64,000 nt of DNA from Candidatus Omnitrophota bacterium. GTDB taxonomy: Bacteria > Omnitrophota > Gorgyraeia > VGKH01 > JBHPFN01. Of the stretch, positions 1 to 12,000 are shown in pieces. The notes under the pieces were generated by a model that saw nothing but the letters and a program-made list of their open reading frames with translations, was not told the origin of the DNA and ran no database searches. The stretch lies in NCBI GenBank assembly GCA_042571725.1, contig JBHPFN010000004.1, forward strand, positions 507 through 64,506, given 5' to 3'. Numbering within the stretch: the first letter of the stretch is position 1; the number at the start of each line of letters is the position of its first letter. The position numbers and the translations under genes are program-made.

Positions 1-1
1 A

Positions 2-3000
2 TCACCAACAAGGGATACTCGGGATTCGCCGCAACAAGGCGGCGGCGCAATGTTTGTTTCGTTTTGGCCGCTGTTACTGCTAGGCGGCGCAGCACTTGCC
101 GGTGCGCATTTGTTTGGGGCAGAATGCTTAGCTTACGCGGGTATCCCATTCTTAGCAAAAAAGGGTTCTGGTGGCAGAGCTAAGGCAAAAGGCCTGCTGG
201 GTAGGGGATGGGAAAGGGTTACTACCTTCTTTAGTCCTCCCAATATAGCGCAGGAGCGAAGCAGTGATCAGATTGAAGAGCGTGAACTCGAATTAAGAAA
301 TCTAGATGAAGGCGAAACCATTACGCTGAAAGATGGGAGTAATAAAAAATATAGATTTACTTTATTGAAAAAGCCAAAAGGAATGAGAGGAGTTTTATGC
401 TACGATCCCTATCTCGACGGTGACGAAGACAAGATAATGTATTTTGCAAAGGCAAGGGATTTAGATGGCGGAAGAAATGTCCTTCTTCTGTTTAATCTTC
501 AGGCCTCTCAATTATCAGAAGAAGCATTGTCAGATAGAAGCCGAGAAAACATTGCTTTTTTGGCTAAAGTTAACCATCGTAATATTGCGCCTAACCATGT
601 TCTAAAAGACTCAAGAGGAGATATAGTAGTCGTGATTCCTTATTTTCCTGTTCAGGATCCAACACACCTACGCTTCTACCATAGAGATAAGGTAAGCCGT
701 TTTAAAGATGTTCTCTTTCGCTATTTAGCCAATTGCGACAGGATCGAAAGAGAAGACGTCATTAAGCTTCTGGATATGATTGTCGGTTTAGCTGATGCCT
801 TTATGTGTTTCATTGATGATCTTGAGGTTGTTCCGGGCGACTTTGATTTCTCTATAGATGAATCCGGCGTGATATTGTTGGTTCCTAATTATCAAGGGTA
901 CACTACGCTTGATTACCAACGTGACAAAATGGAAATAGAGAGAAAATTATTAGAAATCATGCATGGCTGCATAGAAGCGATAGAGCCATTTTTACCAAAC
1001 GAACCCCGCTATCATTCATTAATTCATCGAGCATTAGGTATCCTAAAAAACTACAGGTACTTTTGGGATAGGTCTAAAAGTAAAACTATTGGGGATTTAG
1101 TAGTTGATTTACAAAGTATGCGGGCTGATTTTATTGCTCAAGATCAAACTCCCGGAACTTTTGAACCAACCTATCATGATTTATTGGGACAAAGGCGAGT
1201 ACCGTGTAGGTTCTCATGGCAAGAAGACGAAAGTTTTGTAAGTCTTGAAGCCAAAAAAGCAGAGTCTTGGTGGGAACTTTTTGGCAATGCTAGCGCTCAC
1301 CAAAAGGAACGGGAGCTAGCAATAGCTTCTTCAGAGCTACTAAAAGTAGGCGTAAGCATTTCAGATTTTGTGAGAGGTAAAAAAGTTCTCTCTATTGGTT
1401 TTGGCAAGTGCGTTGGTGAGCTTGGAGTATTAATTGAAGAATATTCTGAAGATGCGTCAGGGATTGTGGGTATAGAGTGGGAGAGGGATTTAGTTGTTGA
1501 TGCGGCGCAAGGACTTTTTAATCGCTTCGCTGATGCTTCAGGAGATGGCGTCTATCGCCAAAGAGTTTTGGATAAGGTAAGGCTCTTTTGTGAGGATGCC
1601 GCTTGTCTAAATGAAATACTTGAGGATAATTCTGTCGGATTTATCTATGTGGCTAATATATTTGTTAATGATTTTCCGATTTCCAAAAATAAGAAACAGG
1701 CGATATTTGAAGAAATGATGAGGATCTTGGAAGATGGGGGAATTGTTGTGTTGATCACTACGGATGATTGGGTAAAAGAAAAGCTAAGAGAAACAGGTAC
1801 TGTTATTTGCGAACAGCAAGCGCTCGTTGTCTATCAGCATTCTAATCAATCAGCGCAAGAGACAAAGCCTGCTTTGGATGTTGCGCAAATGGTTTCTTCC
1901 TGGTGGCCGATGGTGATTCCGCTTGGCCTTGGTCTGTTAGAGAGCTTTACTGGTGGAATCACAGAAACAACCGGGCTTGCTGTTTTCGTGGGGATTCCAT
2001 TTTCACTCGAGAGAATACTCAATGGGGTTAATGGTATCCGCGGTTCGCCGTGGCTGCGCAAGCCTAAAAAGATCTTCCGCAATCGTTCCACCGCTATTAT
2101 CCTTGGCCTCTTAATTGTCCTCAACGGCATAGCACCCTTTCCCGGAAAACCCAGCATTGCCCAAAACGATATTGCCACTTTGGTCTTTATCATCAATCTC
2201 ATCGCAGGAATTATGTTTCTTCCCTTGATGCAGTTTATGTTTAACGGCAGATTCATCGCACTTTCAAAAGATTTAACCAAAAAACAATGGCGTGACATCA
2301 TAGGGCACGGGTTGCTCATCCAGGGCGTTGTCTTCCCCTTGTTTTTATTGGGCTTAGGGCTTGTTTCGGAAAAAACCTTTGTCATTGTGACTCGTCTACA
2401 GCCATTTCTGATATTGTTGCTGGGTATCCTATGGTTTAAAACGGATACGTTCGCATGGAGGAAATTAATCGGCTTTGTTTCTGTAACGGGCACCATGGCT
2501 CTATTTCTTGCATCAAAGACTTCCGCAGGCAGTAGCCAGATGTGGGGGGTTATCTTTGTGGTATTGGCAACCATTGTGGGATCGGTTGCGAACTGCTGGA
2601 GAGGAAAGATAGTAAGGGTCATCGAAAATGGCGCCTTGATTACAGTCTTATCGATTTGGATCGGTGTAGTTACAGGGGTGCTCCTTGCGGGGCTGGCGCT
2701 CATCGGCTATGCTATCGGGTTTGCGAATCCAGATATTCTTAATGAGCTTTTTTCAATTCATCATGTGTACCCGGTGATATCTTGGCAATTGATTGTGTAT
2801 TCCCTCATCTTAGGCTGGGGCCTGTTTCTTAATTTTGAAGCGCACGAACGCAATCCAGCGGCCCCGTTGACAAATTTGCTTTCGTTTGCTCCGGTTGTCA
2901 CGATGATTGTTTTCCAGGCTATCCATCGGACTATGCCAGTATCGAATGAGATTGTAGTTGTCGCAATTATGATTCTCGGGACGTTCTTGATAAAGCGGTC

Positions 3001-6000
3001 TTATCGGGGCAAAACCGGGCTGGGCAAGGGCAACAACGAAGTTGATTTACACATTCACTCAAAACCCTATTCTCCCGGAGCAACGCTGCTCTCCGAAAAG
3101 ATTGTGGATGAAGCAGTTGAAAGGGATTTAAAGGCCATTGCAGTTACCGATTACCATTCTTTGAGAGGCACGGTGAAAGCAATACGCTACGTTGAAGAAA
3201 AGGGATTGAATAGTAAGATTGAAATCATCCCCGGCGTTGAAATTGAGACAAAGGAAGGCTATCGTCTGCTGGTTTATTTTCCTGATGTTCAACGGTTTAG
3301 AACTCATTTCGATAGAATTGAAGCCACCATGCCCGAGATGGAGAAGAGGACCGCGCGAGAAGTTTTTCGGTGGGCCAACACTTCCGGTTTTGGCGGCGTT
3401 GCCATTTGTTCCCTTTCGGGCGAAGGTCAAAAACCGACCAACGAGCGAGAGATGGTTAAGCTCTTACGTCAAGGGTGTGACGGTTTTGAAGCAGATCACT
3501 CCTCATCCCGCAGCCGCAGCGTAGTTAATACCTTGATGATTCTTAATAACTGGAACTTTTTCTACCCTACTTTTGCTAAGATTATCACTGTGGGCAGCAA
3601 TTTTTATGACGGTCGTAAGCAAGAAATCGGCCGCGGATGGCCCGGTAGAAGAGACTTTAGACATGCGTACAGTTGGGGTTATGATTTAGTTGAGGATCTT
3701 AAGGCTCTGGCAAACCGTAAGATTCTTCAGCAAGAGCAGAGTGATGGCACGCTAGCCTTAGGCCCTGAATTCGATCTGCGTGAGTATCCTTATGTGTTAA
3801 ATTCTGCCAGACAGGTTGAGAGAAGTGCGACGCCGATGATTGACCTGCATGTGGTTTCTTCCTGTTCCCACAGGAAGCGTCCCTCGCCATTAGAGATTAT
3901 CGAATCAGTCTCACGCAGGGGAGTCAAAACAATTGCCTTTGCCGACATAGGGACTGCGCAAGGTGCCATAGATACAAAAGAGCTCGCTGCGGAAAGGGGA
4001 GTGGAGGTTATTCTCGCGGTTGAGATTCATACCAATGAGCTTGAGCATCTTCTTGTGTATTTTATTGAAGGAGCGCAGCGCATGTCTGCTGAGGATATCG
4101 AGATTCTCATTCAGCAATCCAAGAGAATGACCGTTGAAGAGACGATTAACTGGGCGCGTGCCTTAGGCGGCATTGCTCACCTGGCGCATCCGGGATGGTA
4201 CGGAGAACCGTTTGATATAGAGAGGTCCCGAGCCTGGTGTAATGCAGGTTTAGGCGGTTTTGAAGTTGACCACGGATTTTTTAGATCAAGAAATCGGCTG
4301 CCAATTATGGTGTTTCTTTTTAAACACAACCTATCAGAGATCTGGAAAAACCCCGATGGTTCAAGCCTTGATTTAAAAACCATGACCGTCGGCAGCGGCG
4401 GCAAAGGCATACCCTGCCAAGGCTGGGAACATAAAACACAATGGCCTGATGCTCCTTCGTACGGGCCTGGGGTTGTGGAGGCATTGAAGCGCAAGGCAGC
4501 AATGCAAAACGCACACGCAACAGAGAGCACAGCTTTGCCGGCAGCAGGCCAATCCGGAACAGGTGATGGAGTAAGTTGCTTTATGGGGATGGGATCCGGC
4601 GCATTAGACACCATATTAGGGACGTTTCTGAATTTGTTCAGAGAACTGTCCCTCATAGGGACACACTTAGCTTTAGCATCAGAAACGTCCCTAATTAGCT
4701 TTGGCGGGATGGTGTTGGGTGTGGCCATTGATGCTGATGACGAATGGAGAGAAGAGCTTGATCGAATAAATCATGAATTCAAGCAACTACAAAAGGAAGA
4801 AGGATTATCAACAGAAGAATATGTAGACAGAGCAAATATTTTAATCGTGGAGCTTGCAGAATATGCCAAAAAAGCTTGCATGGATATAAATGCGTTTCCT
4901 CTTTATGAGAAACTCCTTCTTTCAAAGCAAGAAAGGGTAAAGGCTGATCCGAAATACTATAGAGAAGGAAAAAGAATAGATCCTTATGAAGAAATTGCCA
5001 AACCGCTTGGAAGAGGTCCGATTTTTGTGTTTATTAATCCTTACTCACGCCCTTACGGCTTTTGGTTACCGACAAATATTTTCCATCTTTCTAATGAGTT
5101 AAGAGCTGCAGGTATCGCTCAAGGTCATTCATCTATTGCTTCTGGCGATGTAGTCAATGTATCTTCGGCTTCATTAGATGATGAAATAAGAAAAATGCGA
5201 AACTATTATGGAGACAGAGAATTGATTTATGGAATATCGACTAGTGAAACATTATATCCGGCATGCATGGAATTTGTAAAAGCAATAAGAAGGAATGAGC
5301 CAGAGTCCTTGGTTGTTCTAGGCGGACATATGGTTAATGCTGACCATGAAAACGTTGCCAAGCATGCAAGGCAACTAGGGGTAAATGTTTTAGTCAGAGG
5401 AGGAGCAAGGAATCTCCCTGAGTTAGTCAAGGCATTAATCGGCCAAAAAGCAAACGAGCCTATAGGAGCAGATTTAAGGAAATTTGTAGAAAGTCAACAG
5501 GGAGTATTGTTGCTTGCTGGCGGTAAAGAGGCAGAAGGAAGATATTATGATATTGGAAATGAAGCAGAGACCTATCCTGACTTAGAAAGCAGAGTCTTGC
5601 ATCCAAGCGTTGTAAGGTATGCGGCAGAACTTTCTGCAAAAGGTGCTTATCTTAAAGAAGAAGACAGAAGAACAATGACTATCCAGATAACTTCGGAGAT
5701 TGGATGTCCTTATGGGTGTGATTATTGCTCCGGTCCCTTTAGCAAGGTTAAATGTGTAAGCGCAGGAAAATTGATTGCTGAAATAGAAGAGATTATAGAC
5801 ATTCTAGGCCTTGAGAATGACATCGTTATTGAGCTTACAGGTGCAGACACACTGATCAATAAAAAACGAATAAGAGAGTTCTTAGATATTATTTTAACTG
5901 ATAAGAGGCAGCTTATTCCTTATCTGAAGAGATCAAAATGCACTGCATCTGTACGCTCATTCTATGTTGAAGGAAGATTGGATGAAGAGTTGATAGATAA

Positions 6001-9000
6001 GTTAGCCCAAGTTTTTGGCGTTGTGCAAATTGGAGTTGAAAGCGGTGACGATGAAGAACTCGTACGATGGGGCAAGGGGGTAACATGGAGTCAAACAGAA
6101 GCTCTTTTTGAGGCAATTGAGAGAGCAAATAAGAAACACAAAACATCTTTTTCAGTTGATATGTATGCAATTGCATCTGGACTAGAGACGCGGCCACGTA
6201 ATTTAATTAACTCATTAGCAAATCTCCTCTATGCCTTTTTGCGATATGATTGCATCGGAAGAACCTATGTCATGTCTGTAGTGATACCTGATATTGGATC
6301 AAGAGTTTTTGTACGACTAACTGACGATGATATGAGAAGGATGGATCCTGATTACAGAAGACAGTACAGAATACTTGAAGAATTAGATTGTTTCTTATAT
6401 GAGCACGTTCTTCCAAGAGACGCATTGGTAAGAAGCTTTTTCGTAGGTAAGAAGCTAAGAGAAGAAGTTCTTGGGGCTACGCGCAATGAAGGATGCCCGA
6501 GAGGCTTGGAAGCAATAAGTATTTATGAAGCGCTGTGGAATTTTGGTTATTTATGCGCAGAGCAACGATTAAGACTTACCAAAGAAAAAGAAGAAGGAAC
6601 TAATTGGAATGAAGAAAAACAAGCAAGGTTAGATGAGTTAATAGATGTAATTGATCTTTTTAATGAAAAGCTTAGCTTTATGAAAAGAACCGGACTCAAA
6701 GACAAATATGATGCCATAGTTGAAAAATATTCTGAGCCAGATGAAAGCCAAGGTCGTGGCGGCGGGGCGTTTATTTCTTCCTGGTGGCCAATATTGATTC
6801 TTGGTGGCACGACTCTTGTCGGAGCGCATTTCTTAGGCGTGCAGGGTGCGGAATCAGCTATGATGTTACCGATATTTTTGAAACTCCGACGCCGCGGGCC
6901 GCCCTTCGGCAGGATACGGCTTGCGTTTAATCGAGCAGTCGAAAAAATAAAGAATGAAAGAGATGAGTTAGTCAGAAAAGGATTTATCGGCAATCAGTAT
7001 TGGAGAGATAGAGATAATATTAAAGATGAATTGATGTTGGTCTTTTTTGTAACCGCTGCATACTCATTTTTGTTTAAATACGTACTTGAGGTTTTTGGCG
7101 GCGCCCCTCCGAGCTTATCGATTGCCAATTACATCATTATTGCCATTTTTATATTTCTAATCACTCTTAGCGCCTCAGTAGGACACCCGATTTTCCATAT
7201 CATTCATGCCTATCGAATTAACAAACGGAATAAAAAAGCCGGAATAGAGTTACCGACGGCCAAACAGAGAATCTCTGTTCTTAAAAGACCATTCATTGTT
7301 CATAACACAATAACTGTTCTTGCCATTGCCGCCGTAATGATCGTTAACAACGATATTCTACAAGGAGTATTTGTTTTTGCAGCGATTATTCATTTCTGGA
7401 GAGGAGCCGCAGCGCGTGTAAGTACAGATGGCTACGCAATAGAATCGCTAAAGAAACACGGGCAAGCTTACGACATGTTAAGAGACGGATTTGAGGATGT
7501 GGTAAGAGATGTGCGCTTAGGCGTAATGCAGCGTATCGGGCTTCTTTTTCCGATTGCAATTGAGGCAGAAGGAAGAAGGTGGCAGGTCCACCCTGGGACA
7601 CTCGGGCCGTTTGCAGAATATGTTACCTCGCGTATCGACGCATTATTATCTCGAGGAGATCGAGGCAGCGGTGAACAAGATTTCGACGTGGCGCCCCCTG
7701 TCCCGAGCGCAGTCGAGGGGCTCGCATCAGATGAGTCAACGATGGATACTCGGGATTCGCCGCGGGAAGGCGGCGGCGTAATGATGAGTATGTGGGGGCT
7801 GTTTACCACGCTTGCCGGCCTTTTCTTCGGTGGGATGGTGTTGGGTGTGGCTGCAGATGCTGATAACGATGAGAGTGCCACAGGTAATTTTTGGGCTGAA
7901 GAGGAAGACGTTGAGCTCACAAAGGTCATCACGCTGGAATTATATCTTAATCCTCGATTTAGGGAACTGAGGGGTTTATTAAGTTCTTTAGGTATAGGCA
8001 GAAACTTTAACAAAATACATACAGGTTTAAGATTTGCTCGATTTCTACTTCATGAGGAAAAGGCTCATCCTCACGTCAGCGTAAACGCACTATTATCGCG
8101 CGCTCGAATGCTCAGGATATTTATTGAAATGATGAGGGAGTATTTCTCGGCAGAAGAAATGGTTGAGATTTTTGCGCTCTCATACACGGGATTATTTTTC
8201 AGCCATCAAGTTGAAGGCGCAGAAGAAGCAATTTCGTTACATGATAATAAGCTCAGAGAGACTCTTTATCCTAATGAAATCTTTAATTTAGGGTTAGATG
8301 AGAAGCAATTTGTGCCAATGGCATTAGTGGTGTTGAGTTGTCTGGAAAGATTGGAAAATCCGGATAATGAGACTACTCCCGGAGTAGAAACGCCTACACG
8401 AAGGGTTGTGAGAGAATTCATTGACACGACACTTAATGAGTATATCCCGCGACTTCAGCAAGAGAATCAAAATATTCACCAGGGAGCACCGTTTTATCCT
8501 CCTTATCTAGGTAGTGCAGGTTGGCTCATTGATTGGCAGGAGGGCGCTCGGGAGCGTAGCGCATTATTGGGAGATCACTGTAGATATCACGCCTATCAAT
8601 TTGGATATAGTGCTATAAGGCAGATAGGCTGGGGTTTTAGCGGAGGGCGGATCTGGAATATGATTTCAACACACAGGCACGACTATCCAGCCATTGTTGG
8701 GTTTATTGAGAAGCATTGCAGGCTTGCAAGCGGCAGGATTAGCCTTAGGTTAATTAAAGATGTATTTCAGGGGGGTAAGGCATTTCCAAACCTACCAATG
8801 CTTGAGGAATTTCTCACCAATCGGCCTACCACGACCATCGATGAGCTTATGCAATGCAGCAGCGCTCCATTGATAACACCCTATCACATAGATACCAATA
8901 GGGGTGGAGAAATATACGTACCCATTGGATTTCAGCTTGGGAGGGAAGGCTTTGGTATGGAACATATGAAATCTAAAGTTGCTCAAAGGAGAATTGATCT

Positions 9001-12000
9001 CCAAGAGCTATTAGGAGAAATGTGGTTAGATACTATAATTAAAGTTGGAGTGTTACCTATTATTGGAATGGGATTGCAAGTTCCCGCGGCACAAGGAGAA
9101 AGGATGTTTTTCTTTGGGAAGATAAATCCTCATAGAGTTAGATGGCTACAACAGACCAGACAAGAGATAGGTAGGTTTCAACCATTAAGCGATGAAACCA
9201 TAGATCTATTGGGAAACATTTACTTGCAGGTTGTTGTTGGCCTTGTTGAGGATGAGCACGTCAGAGGCTATAAGGGGAATGTAATAACCGCTTTTCCGAT
9301 TGTTGAGCCCCAAGAGGTAGCTGAGCAGGTATTGGTCAGCGTAAAGGAATTAGATGGTAGAAGGGCCTTGAGTCGACAAAGCATTTATCAGCACATAGTA
9401 CAGCCGTGTAATAGACTTTTTAGGAGATGGGGTGTTCCTTTTGTGATACGACGGCATAAAGAAGGTAAAAGAAAATACACGCTTGTGCCTACTAACGCTT
9501 CAACTGGTAGCGGAATAATTGCTTCGATGTGGGGAATCGTTATTTTACTTTCCGGTTTTTTCTCCGGTGGCATGGTGTTGGGGGTGGCAGAGGGTTTAGG
9601 TTGTAGTGCATCCTTACTGCCGCCGATGTATACCAATGCGCAGGAGGGTAATTTTGTTGGACGCTATAGCAAAATTATTGAGCAAGAAAAAGGCCGAGTT
9701 ACCGCAGATGATGTTGAAGAATTGCGCCGATTCAGCCGTCTCATACCAGAGTTGCTCACTTTAAAATCACTTCGAAGTTGCGATGGTTCAGCATTAGAGG
9801 TTTTTGACCTACTTGAGAACAATGAATTTGTGGTGAGGTGGCACGATGCAGTAAGCATGGATGCCGATAGAGGAGATTCTCATTGTTATTGTAGCGTTGT
9901 CATCGCAGGAGTGAGATTTATTCTGGATTTAACCGCTGAGCAGTTTGAAACCGCTCCTTCAGAGGAAGAAAAATATACATTTTTAGGTATTGTATTAATT
10001 CCCGCACGGGTTGCGTTTGAGCTTAGGGAAAGGCTTGATTTCTATTCTATGCCCGATGGTTGTCGAGGCTATACATCTACGTATGTTGATTGGAGGAAGG
10101 CTCAAGGTTATCGCGTTGAGTATGAAGAAGGCAACCCCGAACTCCTAGAAAATAGAAATCTAGCAGGGATGGTTTCTCTTATCTGTGCACTCGAGGATAT
10201 TGACCCCCGGGTAAGAGAAGCAGCCCAATCACTGCTGGATAATTCGCCCTATGCATTAATAGGCCCCTATAGGAGACGATTGCTGGATCCGGGAGTGAGC
10301 TGGACGATAAGTGAGTCCGTTGCTTCTTTTCTGCTTGATGAATATTTTCGATATGCAGATAATTTTGATGTTCCATTGCCTTTGTTTGTGGTTGACGGTC
10401 CTTCCGGGATTGGTAAGACCACTACAGCGCAAGAGATGGTCAGGGTCACAGGAAAAGGAAAAATAAAATACCAACTAGTGTATTTAAACCTCGATATGTT
10501 TCTGAAGGATCAGGCGTGGCGCCATGAGATAAGAGATAAAATTGCCAGCGGAGAATTACATCCGGACGACTTTGATGAAAGGGATTTCTTTGATTACGAT
10601 AGGATTATTGCGATGTTAAGGGATATTGATGAGTTTCGTCGCTCAGGAGATGAAACCGGTGTGTTGGTGCTTACTCATGTGTGGAATCCCGAGAAAGGAC
10701 GATATGAGGATCTGCAGATTCCCTTGACAAGAAATACAGTTTTTCTTATTGACGGAAAGTATGCACATGAGAAAAGGCTTCGTCCCTTTTACGGCAAGCA
10801 TCCTTTTAAAGTCCGTTTAGACGAGGATGATGATTCGATTGGGAGGAAGTTTGAACACAGAGAACGCGCCAAAGGAAAAAGCGAAGAAGAGGTAGCCAAG
10901 CAGATGATATTTCATGATTTGGTTGTTTTACCTCACTTTAGGCGCTATGCCCAAGAGCCGCAAGAGAACCTTTTTGTCTTAAGATGTTCTCACGGAGAAA
11001 TCCCAACCGAGCCGCTAAGAGATGCAGATGTCGACAGCGTAGAGAGAGAATCCCGCGCTGCAGGCGGCGGGGCGATGATGTTGATGTGGGGGATATTTAC
11101 CACGCTCACCGGTCTTTTCTCTGGCGGGATGGTGTTGGGTGTGGCTGCAGATGCTGATGGAGGTAGAAAGGATGACGCCGTGCCGCCGGCGTCGGGGAGG
11201 GTTGCCAGACTTACCGATAGATTCCTCGGATGGTTGAATGAGCGGTTATTCGCACTACAGCGAATCATCGGCAGAAGACTTTCCGAAAGCCGGCGTTTAA
11301 CGGCAGTTTGGACCAATGAAGAGATAGCTTTAGAGGGTATCTTGCAATTTTCTCCAGCAGAATTAGAAGAGCAAAGACAAAATATCATTAATAGGTATAT
11401 AGTCCCGCAGCGCAGACTACAGTATTTACCGTACGAAAGTAGGCTGCGTGGAAGAAATAGATGGCGCTGGAATGATACGGTGTTCGTTGTTCTTCTTGAA
11501 GATGGTACACAGGTAACTGCGCACTCCAGCCATATCCGCGGAGTTCTTATAAAAGTTGTTCTAGAAATTGAAAATCGGATTCAGCTCGAAGAAAGAAAAC
11601 GGAGGCGTAAACTTTCTGATGATGAAAGAGAGGAGTTCATCCGTCAATTGACCCTTGTGGTGGCTTCCACCGATTACTTAGGAGAAGCTGTGGCTATTGT
11701 GGCGCGGCTTATGGGAGTACAGGCACAGATATTTCTTCCGCAATGGGCTTCACAGGGAACCATCGAAGCTCTCTCGCAATTCGGCGTATCCGTTGATAGC
11801 CATTTACCGGATTATGATGTTGCCAGCGCCCACGCACGCAACTTTTTTGAACTTCATGCCAACGCCATACTCATTGACGGCGCCGAAGACGAAACCAAGG
11901 CCCGGGGCGCAGCCATTGCCGCTATGGAGATGATGCACGAATGGCATAAGTGGATCGGCTACGAAACCATTAAGGCCATGGCGCGATTGATCGCCAAGTA

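Noticed and set aside
290-900. Protein-kinase-like fold in module 1 (MYFAK..., FLAKVNHRNI, VVVIPYFP)
   Set aside because: There is only a loose resemblance to the beta3-Lys, alphaC and hinge elements. No HRD/DFG equivalents are visible, so it is too weak to annotate.
7769-7864. Junctions as inteins or 2A-like skipping peptides
   Set aside because: They are far too short for a Hint fold. There is no C/S/T nucleophile + HN terminal pair and no D(V/I)ExNPGP motif.
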